64,000 bases of DNA from Flavobacteriaceae bacterium (GTDB taxonomy: Bacteria > Bacteroidota > Bacteroidia > Flavobacteriales > Flavobacteriaceae). The notes below the pieces were generated by a model. The model had not been told where the DNA came from and searched no databases. It saw nothing but the letters and a program-made list of their open reading frames with translations. Shown here piece by piece: positions 8,556 through 17,244 of the stretch. Location: positions 77,259-141,258 of the forward strand of contig JAXMNU010000006.1 in the NCBI GenBank assembly GCA_034670265.1. Reading direction: 5' to 3'. The position numbers and the translations under genes are program-made. The stretch's first letter is position 1; each line of letters starts with the position of its first letter.

Positions 8556-8588
8556 AAAAAACCCTCCTAAATTATGATAGGAGGGTTT
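8556..8588 (-). terminator. rho-independent terminator after gldJ
   Basis: On the minus strand, ACCCTCCTA-loop-TAGGAGGGT is followed by TTTTTT. It starts about 20 nt downstream of the gldJ stop. Confidence 0.75.
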
Positions 8589-8610
8589 CAATGTTGTTTT
8601 TTAGAAAGGA

Positions 8611-10290
8611 TTACTTATGTCTTGGACGTTTTCCTTTTTTGGATTTTGAACCAACACGAGACATAGCACATCTAAATCCAATGTAGTCTGTAGCCATATC
8701 TTGCGGGAAATAACGTCTTTGAGCTGGATCTAACCAATAATCACGATCTCTCCAAGAACCTCCTTTGTAAACACGCACTTCGTTATTGATTAGTGATGTT
8801 CTTTTTGAAGATCTATCGTATTCTCTTTCTAACTCACCTATACTATCTGCATATACTTGATGTTTAGGAGAATTATACATCCGTTTTGCGTCATCAATAT
8901 TGCCATCTTCTTCTGCACCAAAAGATTGATAGTACCTTGTGGATTTTTTATCACCATCTCGATAGTCACGGTTATCGCTTTCAGAAAACTGTGTTCTTAA
9001 GTATGTTTCATTTTCGTCTACAGGTACTTGAGCTATTTCACCTGGAAGTACTCTAGCCACAATTTTACCGTTACTTAGGGTATCATATTGAATTGAATCT
9101 GCAGTAACTATTTTTACTTTCCCATCTTTGTCAATTGCATTTTTAGTGTAAACATTACCACGATAATAGTTAAAGTCATTAAACTCATCATCAACGATAG
9201 GTCGGTAAACATCGGCTACCCATTCTGCTACGTTACCAGCCATATCATAAAGACCAAAGTCATTAGGCTCATAAGATTTAACCTCGGCAGTAATATCTGC
9301 GCCATCATCACTCCATCCAGCAATACCACCGTAATCACCATCACCTTGTTTAAAGTTTGCTAATTGGTCACCACGACTTCTTCTTTTGCTTGAACGAGTA
9401 TATTGCCCATCCCAAGGATACTTCTTTTTACCTCGGTAGACATTATAATTTCTTAACCCTACTAAGCCAAGAGCTGCATATTCCCATTCGGCTTCGGTAG
9501 GTAATCTATAACCTGGTAATAAAAGACCATCTTTACGTTGTACATATAGATTGGTACTATCTTTACTTCGTTTTGCAAGCGATTGAGAGCGCTTACCTCC
9601 TCTAGTTATGGAGTCATTTCCTCCATAAACTTGAGTTGGAGCATTTAGATAGGTTTCTGTACTAAAAGATTCACCTGCTTCAGTTTCATATCTTGCATTA
9701 CGAGTTGTAATCCCTTCTTCTTCAAGAATAAGCTCATTAACACGGTCTGTTCTCCATTTACTAAATTCTACTGCTTGCACCCAACTAACACCCACAACAG
9801 GATAATTTGCATAGGCAGGGTGGCGAAGGTAGTTATTAGTCATAACTTCGTTATATCCTAAGCGGTTTCTCCATACCAATGTATCTGGTACAGCACCATT
9901 ATATATATTGCGATAATTTTCGTCAGATGGGGGAAATACGTTCTTAATCCAATCTAGATATTCTAGGTACATTAAATTTGTTACCTCGGTTTCATCCATG
10001 TAGAAAGATTGAACATGTTGTTGATTGGGGCTATTATTCCAATCATGCATAGGATCGTCCTGAACTCTTCCCATAGTGAATGTTCCACCTTCAACAAAAA
10101 CAAGTCCTGGGCCTGTTTCTTGCTCCTTAGCCTTAGGATTATACTGGAAACCACCTTCTTTGGCGTTCATCTTCCAACCTGTTGCACGAGAGCTGTTCTT
10201 GTAGTCTCTAGATTTACTACAGCTAACTAAAAAAGAGGCAGAAGCTATAATAACAAATAGCTTTAATAATAGGTTTTTCTTAACGTTCAT
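8611..10290 (-). CDS. gldJ: gliding motility lipoprotein GldJ (FGE-sulfatase/SUMF1-like fold)
   Basis: 559 aa. Lipoprotein signal ...ASFLVSC, then GLVFVEGGTFTMG and C-terminal YIGFRCAM typical of the SUMF1-like fold. Size and the murF-gldJ / porU-porV neighbourhood match flavobacterial GldJ. Confidence 0.85.
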   Translation of the reverse strand: MNVKKNLLLKLFVIIASASFLVSCSKSRDYKNSSRATGWKMNAKEGGFQYNPKAKEQETGPGLVFVEGGTFTMGRVQDDPMHDWNNSPNQQHVQSFYMDETEVTNLMYLEYLDWIKNVFPPSDENYRNIYNGAVPDTLVWRNRLGYNEVMTNNYLRHPAYANYPVVGVSWVQAVEFSKWRTDRVNELILEEEGITTRNARYETEAGESFSTETYLNAPTQVYGGNDSITRGGKRSQSLAKRSKDSTNLYVQRKDGLLLPGYRLPTEAEWEYAALGLVGLRNYNVYRGKKKYPWDGQYTRSSKRRSRGDQLANFKQGDGDYGGIAGWSDDGADITAEVKSYEPNDFGLYDMAGNVAEWVADVYRPIVDDEFNDFNYYRGNVYTKNAIDKDGKVKIVTADSIQYDTLSNGKIVARVLPGEIAQVPVDENETYLRTQFSESDNRDYRDGDKKSTRYYQSFGAEEDGNIDDAKRMYNSPKHQVYADSIGELEREYDRSSKRTSLINNEVRVYKGGSWRDRDYWLDPAQRRYFPQDMATDYIGFRCAMSRVGSKSKKGKRPRHK

Positions 10291-10479
10291 AGTTTCAAAA
10301 AATGAAAAAATTGGGTTCGCAATATACTAATTAACGGTTAAAGCACAATAATATTTTATTTTTTTACAATGTAAAGCCTTTGGCTCTGCATCGACCAATG
10401 GAATAACGTATTGTTGTTTGAAATATTATTTTAACATTCATTTTTAATAAAAACAAATGCAAATAGTACATACTAAGTG

Positions 10480-10487
10480 TATCTTTG
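10480..10487 (+). promoter_or_regulatory. Bacteroidota -7 promoter box TATCTTTG for porU
   Basis: Exact TAnnTTTG, 13 nt upstream of ATG 10501. It lies inside the track's GTG-10477 extension, which argues for the ATG 10501 start. Confidence 0.5.
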
Positions 10488-10500
10488 CCTCGTTATTGCT

Positions 10501-13500
10501 ATGATGAAAAGAACTATTCTTCTCCTTATCTTATTAATGATTACACTTTCTTTTTTTGGACAATCCAAAGATGTAGTCATTTATTGGGATCCACCTAGTA
10601 AAGCTAGTGCTGTAAGAGAAAGTGAAACTATTAAGAGAGATCGCTTTCTTTCTTCTATTAATCTTGAGCTAAATGGTAATACAATACTGTTTCAAAAGAA
10701 CTGGCTTGATAGAGGTTTTGCAAATGGTGCTTCGGCGAAAATATCCAACATTAAATGGGGTAATCCTTCTTCAGATGAATTAAGAAAAATTAACAAGGAT
10801 AAAGTTCCTACAACTTTACAATATTCATTAGAAAGTTCCAGAGCAAGAGAGCTTATATATACAACTATTGCTATTTCTCCAATTGTAAATGTTAATGGAC
10901 AATTAAGAAAGCTATTATCTTTTACAGTAAATTATACCTATGGAAGAGCGCCGCAGTCAAATGTAAGAATGGTTATCACTAATTCGGTCCTAGCCACTGG
11001 CAACTGGTACCGTTTTAAAATTGATAAAACAGGAGTTTATAAAGTAGATAAAAATTTCCTGAATAGTTTAGGAATGAATACCGATGGAATAAATCCACGG
11101 AACATAAAGATCTATGGTCATGGTGGAAAACCTCTACCACTTCAGAATGATCAAAACTCAATTTTCGATTTACCCGAGAATGCAATTCAAGTAGTTGGAG
11201 AAGAAGACGGTAATTTTGATAGTGGAGACTTTATTTTGTTTTATGGTATTGGAAATTTAGGCTATGACGAAGAAAATGATACCAACCTCAATCCTTATAG
11301 TGATGAAACTTATTATTTTGTTACTGTAGGTGAAACTCCAGGATTGAGAGTTCAAGACATGATAGAACCCACAGGGACAGTTACAAATACTATTACCACT
11401 TTTAACGATCTTCAATATTTTGAAGAAGATGAGTTGAGTCCTGCTAAAGTTGGGAGACAATGGTTTGGAAATCGTTTCGACATTGAAAATGAGCAAACGT
11501 ATGAGTTTTTCTTTCCAAATATGGTTTCTGGATCTGAAATGAGAGTTAAAGTAAGAGCAGCAGCTGCCTCAGAAGTTACTACAAGCATGGCAGTTTCTGT
11601 AAATAACACAAGTTTAAACCCTTTAAATTTTGGCGTAATTGACGACCCTATACTTCTCAGAACAAATGAGTTGAGTGTTTTAATAAATGCTTCTGGAGAA
11701 ACTGTTATCGTAGACTTATCGTATAACAATTCTGGCAATCCAGCAAGCATTGGCTATTTAGACTACATAACTATAAATGGACTAAGAAAGCTGCAAGGTG
11801 TGGGGGGGCAGTTAACTTTTAGAAATGATGAGGTTGTTGATCTTATTGGAATTGGAGAATATCAAATTACGAGTGCAAGCGAATTTTCCCAAGTTTGGGA
11901 TGTTACAAATCCTCAAATAATTTCTTCTAAGCAAAACGAAGGGAACGCCTCTACTTTAACTTTTAAATCAATCCTAGGTGAGGCGAGAGAATATGTTGCA
12001 GTTAATCCTAACGATTATTTTACTCCAACCAAAGGTGCAGTCTCACAAGTAGCTAATCAAAATATTAAAGGATCTATTTTTAAAGATGCTTCGGGTAATT
12101 TTAAGGATATAGATTATATAATCATAGTTCCACCAGTATTAATACAACCTGCTCTTCGTTTGGCGAACCATCATAAAAATACAACAGGTCTTCACACAAA
12201 AGTTGTTACAACAGATAAAATTTATAACGAGTTTGGTTCTGGAATACAGGACATTTCTGCAATTAGGAATTTTGTAAGATATGTATATGAAAATGCTTCT
12301 TCAGAAGATAAAAGGCTAAAATATCTATGCTTTTTTGGTGATACTTCTGTAGATATGAAGGATCGACTCCCTGGAAATAATAATATGATTCCCACATTCC
12401 ATACCAGAGCGAGTGTAAGTACTTATACTTCTTTTATGTCTGATGACTTTTTCGGAATGATGGATCCTAATGAGGGAATTTTGGACGCTAATCAAGCAGG
12501 AGCACACACTTTGGATATTGCAGTTGGAAGAATTTTGGCCGATGAGGTTTCCCTTGCAAATACTTTAGTTGATAAAATTATTGACTATTCCACCAAAGAT
12601 TCTTATGGAAATTGGAGGAATAATTTTGTATTAGTCTCTGATGATGTAGATGAAGAATACGAATATGAATCTCTTGAAGTAACCCTAGATGGTATAGGTG
12701 ATGAAATAACAGCAGAAAAACCCTATATAAATGTCCGCAAGATTCATACAGATGCCTTTCAACAAGAAACATCTGCAGGAGGTAATAGGTATCCCGAAGT
12801 AAATGAAGCTTTTGTTAATGGAATTGAAGTAGGAGCCCTCATTGTTAATTATTTTGGGCACGGTGGTGAAGATGGCTTGGCAAAAGAATTTATTTTTACG
12901 CAACAAACTGCTCAAAATTTACGCAATAAAGATAGGTACACTTGTTTTGTAACAGTAACCTGCGAATTCACAAAATTCGATAACCCGCAACGAGTCACTG
13001 CTGGAGAGCTTGTTTATTGGAATAGAGAAGGGGGGGCTGTATCTATGATTACAACCACGCGATCGATAGGTGTACAACTTGGGGTACAATTTAATCAAGT
13101 TTTAGCTCAAGACCTCTTTGGGTTTGGACGAGATATTCCTGTTCCACCAGCAGAGGCAGTTAGACTTTCAAAGAATGCAGCTTCTAATAACTCAAATAAA
13201 AGAGTTATTTTTTACATTGGAGACCCAGCAATGCCCTTAGCCTTTCCAAAACAAAGAGTTAGCCTAACAACCTTAAATGACTTACCCATTACCCAAGCAG
13301 CAGATACTTTAAAAGCTTTGAGTAAAGTAAAGTTTGGCGGAGAAGTTTTAGATCCCAACGGAAATTTAATAAGTAACTATAATGGTGTCTTGCAAGCAAA
13401 AGTTTTTGATAAAGACCTGCAAAGACAAACCTTAGGTAATGATGGTATTCGAGATACTTTCACTAACGAACTTTTGATATTAGATTTTAAAACTTTAGGC

Positions 13501-14355
13501 GAAATGCTTTTTAATGGACAGGCCACGGTTGAAAACGGAAAATTTGAATTTGAATTTGTTGTCCCGAGAGATATTCAAATTCCAGTGGGTAATGGAAAAG
13601 TTAGTTTGTATACAGAAAGAAATGGACTTTCTGAAGACCAAACTGGATTTAATCTGGATATTTTAGTAGGGGGCCTTAATGAAAATGCTCCTTCAGATAC
13701 ACAAGGTCCATTCATTAATTTATTTATGAATGACGAATCGTTTGTATCTGGTGGGATTACTAACGATTCACCTATACTTATTGCAAAACTTGAAGATGAA
13801 AATGGAATAAATACTGCTAGTGGAATAGGGCATGACCTTATTGCTATTTTGGATGGTGATGAAGAAAACCCTTTTGTTATGAACGAATATTATTTAGCAG
13901 ATGTAGATGATTATACTAAAGGAAAATCCAATTTTAAATTTAGAGACTTAGAAGAAGGGTTGCATACATTAACAGTAAAAGCATGGGATGTATATAATAA
14001 TTCTTCAACTGCCGAAATTCAATTTGTAGTAGCAGGAGATGACAAGTTGAAAATAGAAAGGGTACTTAACTACCCCAACCCTTTTGTAAACTATACTGAG
14101 TTTTGGTTTAACCACAATAGACCATTTGAACCGCTTGAGGTTCAAGTGCAGGTATTTACTGTGACTGGAAAGGTAGTCTGGACTCAAAACCAAATAGTAA
14201 ATACAGATGGCTTTTTATCTCGTGAAATTATTTGGGATGGGAAGGATGATTTTGGTGATCGCATTGGAAAAGGAGTCTATGTATATAAGCTCACAGTTAA
14301 ATCTACACTCACAGGTAACAGGGTCGAAAAATTTGAAAAACTTGTTATCCTTTAA
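10501..14355 (+). CDS. porU: type IX secretion system sortase PorU (C25 peptidase family)
   Basis: About 1284 aa from ATG 10501 (MMKRTILLLILL signal). Size and gingipain-like central region fit PorU. There is a CTD-like C-terminus (YPNPFVNYTEF...GVYVYKLTVKS) and porV follows immediately. Confidence 0.85.
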   Translation: MMKRTILLLILLMITLSFFGQSKDVVIYWDPPSKASAVRESETIKRDRFLSSINLELNGNTILFQKNWLDRGFANGASAKISNIKWGNPSSDELRKINKDKVPTTLQYSLESSRARELIYTTIAISPIVNVNGQLRKLLSFTVNYTYGRAPQSNVRMVITNSVLATGNWYRFKIDKTGVYKVDKNFLNSLGMNTDGINPRNIKIYGHGGKPLPLQNDQNSIFDLPENAIQVVGEEDGNFDSGDFILFYGIGNLGYDEENDTNLNPYSDETYYFVTVGETPGLRVQDMIEPTGTVTNTITTFNDLQYFEEDELSPAKVGRQWFGNRFDIENEQTYEFFFPNMVSGSEMRVKVRAAAASEVTTSMAVSVNNTSLNPLNFGVIDDPILLRTNELSVLINASGETVIVDLSYNNSGNPASIGYLDYITINGLRKLQGVGGQLTFRNDEVVDLIGIGEYQITSASEFSQVWDVTNPQIISSKQNEGNASTLTFKSILGEAREYVAVNPNDYFTPTKGAVSQVANQNIKGSIFKDASGNFKDIDYIIIVPPVLIQPALRLANHHKNTTGLHTKVVTTDKIYNEFGSGIQDISAIRNFVRYVYENASSEDKRLKYLCFFGDTSVDMKDRLPGNNNMIPTFHTRASVSTYTSFMSDDFFGMMDPNEGILDANQAGAHTLDIAVGRILADEVSLANTLVDKIIDYSTKDSYGNWRNNFVLVSDDVDEEYEYESLEVTLDGIGDEITAEKPYINVRKIHTDAFQQETSAGGNRYPEVNEAFVNGIEVGALIVNYFGHGGEDGLAKEFIFTQQTAQNLRNKDRYTCFVTVTCEFTKFDNPQRVTAGELVYWNREGGAVSMITTTRSIGVQLGVQFNQVLAQDLFGFGRDIPVPPAEAVRLSKNAASNNSNKRVIFYIGDPAMPLAFPKQRVSLTTLNDLPITQAADTLKALSKVKFGGEVLDPNGNLISNYNGVLQAKVFDKDLQRQTLGNDGIRDTFTNELLILDFKTLGEMLFNGQATVENGKFEFEFVVPRDIQIPVGNGKVSLYTERNGLSEDQTGFNLDILVGGLNENAPSDTQGPFINLFMNDESFVSGGITNDSPILIAKLEDENGINTASGIGHDLIAILDGDEENPFVMNEYYLADVDDYTKGKSNFKFRDLEEGLHTLTVKAWDVYNNSSTAEIQFVVAGDDKLKIERVLNYPNPFVNYTEFWFNHNRPFEPLEVQVQVFTVTGKVVWTQNQIVNTDGFLSREIIWDGKDDFGDRIGKGVYVYKLTVKSTLTGNRVEKFEKLVIL

Positions 14356-14389
14356 AAATTAAAATTATATTTGTTCAAAACTAAGACTC

Positions 14390-15559
14390 ATGAAGAAAAT
14401 TTTCGTTTTTATTTTATTTTGCTTACCTATTTTAAATCTTCACGCACAAGGAGGAAGTGATCCTACTTCTGGGCAACGTGTAATTACTACTGCCGTTCCT
14501 TTTGTACTTATTGCTGGAGATCCTCGATCTGCAGGAATGGGAGATATTGGTGTGGTAAGTTCTGCAGATGCGTTTTCACAGCAGTGGAATTCAGCTAAAT
14601 ATGCATTTGCAATTTCAAAACAAGGTGTTGGGGTAACGTACACACCCTATTTGAGTAATTTGGTTAATGATATATTTTTAGGAAACCTCACATATTATAA
14701 TAGAATAAACGAAAGAAGTGCCGTTGGAGCAAGTCTTAGATATTTTAATGTTGGGGAAATTGAGTTAAGAGAAACAGCAGATCAAGTTCCGTTAGTGGTA
14801 AAGCCTAACGAAATGCTATTTGATGTTTCCTATTCATTACGACTAAGCGATAGAATTGCCATGGGAGTTACAGGACGATACATTCGATCAAACCTTAAAA
14901 TCCCAACCGCAGGTGGCGATATAGCAAATGCCGCGAGTACTTTTGCGGTAGATGTTTCAGGGTTTTATCAAAGTGAAGAAATTGCTTACAATGATTTTGA
15001 CGGTCGTTGGAGAGCTGGTTTCAATATCTCTAATATTGGACCAAAACTTAAATATGACGAATCTGGACAAGAGAATAACCTTCCTACCAATTTAGCGGCA
15101 GGAGTTGGTTTCGATTTTATTTTAGATGAATACAATAAAGTAGGAGTAAATACACAATTTAATAAATTATTAGTGCCAACGCCACAAGATTTTGATGGTG
15201 ATGGTGACATTGATGCAGATGATGATCAAGAGTACGAAAGCATTAGTTTTGTGTCTGGTATTTTTAAATCGTTTGGGGATGCTCCAGGAGGTTTTAGTGA
15301 AGAACTTAAAGAGTTTACTTGGGCTTTAGGAGCAGAGTATTGGTATCAAGACGTATTTGCCTTCCGAACAGGATATTTTAATGAAAGTGATGATAAAGGT
15401 TCTAGAAAATTTCTTTCTCTAGGTGCTGGATTTAAATACACTGCAATTAACATAGATATCTCATACTTATTCTCAACTTCAAAAGTGAGAAGCCCATTAG
15501 AAGGTACACTTCGTTTTGGACTTACCTTTAACTTTGGAGACGAGTACGACGAATATTAG
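14390..15559 (+). CDS. porV: type IX secretion system outer-membrane shuttle protein PorV (LptO)
   Basis: 389 aa. Signal peptide, then ITTAVPFVLIAGDPRSAGMGDIGV, the conserved PorV N-terminal motif, followed by beta-barrel-like alternating sequence. Located 34 nt after porU. Confidence 0.85.
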   Translation: MKKIFVFILFCLPILNLHAQGGSDPTSGQRVITTAVPFVLIAGDPRSAGMGDIGVVSSADAFSQQWNSAKYAFAISKQGVGVTYTPYLSNLVNDIFLGNLTYYNRINERSAVGASLRYFNVGEIELRETADQVPLVVKPNEMLFDVSYSLRLSDRIAMGVTGRYIRSNLKIPTAGGDIANAASTFAVDVSGFYQSEEIAYNDFDGRWRAGFNISNIGPKLKYDESGQENNLPTNLAAGVGFDFILDEYNKVGVNTQFNKLLVPTPQDFDGDGDIDADDDQEYESISFVSGIFKSFGDAPGGFSEELKEFTWALGAEYWYQDVFAFRTGYFNESDDKGSRKFLSLGAGFKYTAINIDISYLFSTSKVRSPLEGTLRFGLTFNFGDEYDEY

Positions 15560-15565
15560 AAATTT

Positions 15566-16048
15566 GTGAAAAACATAAAAATTGAAACGACACTGGAGGT
15601 ATATGATTCTGTTTCAGAACTTCCAGTAGCAATTCAAAAAGTAATCCATAAGGCGCATGAAGCTCGTAAAAAAGCGTATGCGCCTTATTCGCATTTTAAC
15701 GTAGGTGCAGCCATTTTACTTGAAAATGGAGACATAGTTGAAGGGAATAATCAAGAAAATGCTGCATTTCCCTCTGGGCTTTGTGCAGAGCGTGTCGCTG
15801 CTTTTTATGCAGGGGCACAATTTCCGAAGGTACCTTTTAAAGCATTAGCCATTACGGCAGGGTCCACTAAAAGTATCAATGAAACTCCCATCCCTCCGTG
15901 TGGCGCTTGCAGACAATCTTTAGCCGAATATGAAGTGAATCAAAACACTTCTATCGAAGTATATTTTATGGGTGAAAAAGGTAAAGTGGTTAAAGCAGCT
16001 TCGGTTAAGTCTCTGCTCCCTCTTATTTTTGATAGTTCCTATTTGTAA
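15566..16048 (+). CDS. cdd: cytidine deaminase
   Basis: 160 aa with zinc-ligand motifs CAERVA and PCGACRQ. GTG start 6 nt after the porV stop. Confidence 0.85.
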   Translation: MKNIKIETTLEVYDSVSELPVAIQKVIHKAHEARKKAYAPYSHFNVGAAILLENGDIVEGNNQENAAFPSGLCAERVAAFYAGAQFPKVPFKALAITAGSTKSINETPIPPCGACRQSLAEYEVNQNTSIEVYFMGEKGKVVKAASVKSLLPLIFDSSYL

Positions 16049-16191
16049 TAGCTTTTCAAATTAAAAGATTCCCTATAATTTAGAAGCTAATAACAGTCTC
16101 TTTTCTCTATTCTCTTCTCTTTTTTCTGTTCCCGATAACGATTTCGTTTCTTTTTTATAAAATTGAGGTTTTATAGAAGTTTCAAATAACG

Positions 16192-16199
16192 TATTTTTG
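16192..16199 (+). promoter_or_regulatory. Bacteroidota -7 promoter box TATTTTTG for pdhA
   Basis: Exact TAnnTTTG, 43 nt upstream of ATG 16243. Confidence 0.4.
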
Positions 16200-16242
16200 T
16201 TTTAGACTATTTGTTATTCAGAAGTATTAGCAATTCAATTCA

Positions 16243-17241
16243 ATGAAAAAAATTACCAAACAAACCTACCTTAAATGGTACGAGGATATGCTGTTTTGGC
16301 GCAAGTTTGAAGATAAACTCGCACAGGTATATATCAATCAAAAAGTTAGAGGATTCCTTCATTTGTATAATGGACAAGAGGCTGTGTTAGCAGGTTCTTT
16401 GCATGCCATGGATCTTACCAAAGACAAAATGATTACAGCCTATCGTAATCACCCACAACCTATTGGGATGGGTGTCGACCCTAAAAGAGTGATGGCAGAA
16501 TTGTACGGAAAAGGTACTGGAACATCGCAAGGATTGGGTGGCTCCATGCACATTTTCTCGAAAGAGCATCGTTTTTATGGTGGTCACGGGATTGTAGGCG
16601 GACAAATCCCCTTGGGAGCAGGTTTGGCTTTTGCAGATAAATATAAGGGTAATGATGCAGTAACCTTAACCTTTATGGGTGATGGTGCAACGCGTCAAGG
16701 TTCCTTGCACGAGACGTTTAACTTAGCAATGCTTTGGAAACTTCCTGTGGTTTTTTGTGTTGAAAATAACGGTTATGCAATGGGTACTTCGGTAGCTCGA
16801 ACTGCGAACCATACCGAAATTTGGAAATTAGGATTAGGATACGAAATGCCGTGCCGACCTGTTGACGGAATGAAACCCGAAGTGGTTGCCAAAGAAATGG
16901 ATGAAGCTATTTCGAGAGCACGAAAAGGAGAAGGGCCAACGTTTTTAGAAATTAGAACCTATCGTTATCGTGGCCACTCGATGAGTGATGCGCAACATTA
17001 CAGAACAAAAGATGAGGTTGCCAAGATGCAAGAACAGGATCCCATTTCATATGTGTTACATAACATTTATGAAAATAAGTGGGCGACCGAAAAAGAAATT
17101 GAAGCTATTGATGCTAAAGTAAAGGATATGGTTGCTGAATGTGAAAAATTTGCAGAAGACTCTCCGTATCCAGAAAAGAATGTGATGTACGACACTGTAT
17201 ACGAACAAGAAGATTACCCATTTTTACCTCATAAACTATAA
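16243..17241 (+). CDS. pdhA: pyruvate dehydrogenase (acetyl-transferring) E1 component, alpha subunit
   Basis: 332 aa. TPP-binding region GDGATRQG...ENNGYAMGT and YRYRGHSMSD loop. Confidence 0.85.
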   Translation: MKKITKQTYLKWYEDMLFWRKFEDKLAQVYINQKVRGFLHLYNGQEAVLAGSLHAMDLTKDKMITAYRNHPQPIGMGVDPKRVMAELYGKGTGTSQGLGGSMHIFSKEHRFYGGHGIVGGQIPLGAGLAFADKYKGNDAVTLTFMGDGATRQGSLHETFNLAMLWKLPVVFCVENNGYAMGTSVARTANHTEIWKLGLGYEMPCRPVDGMKPEVVAKEMDEAISRARKGEGPTFLEIRTYRYRGHSMSDAQHYRTKDEVAKMQEQDPISYVLHNIYENKWATEKEIEAIDAKVKDMVAECEKFAEDSPYPEKNVMYDTVYEQEDYPFLPHKL

Positions 17242-17244
17242 ACT

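Noticed and set aside
16049-16089. Imperfect inverted repeat TAGCTTTTCAAATT...AATTTAGAAGCTA right after the cdd stop, as a terminator
   Set aside because: The stem has mismatches or an indel and no following T-run. It is too weak to call as a feature.
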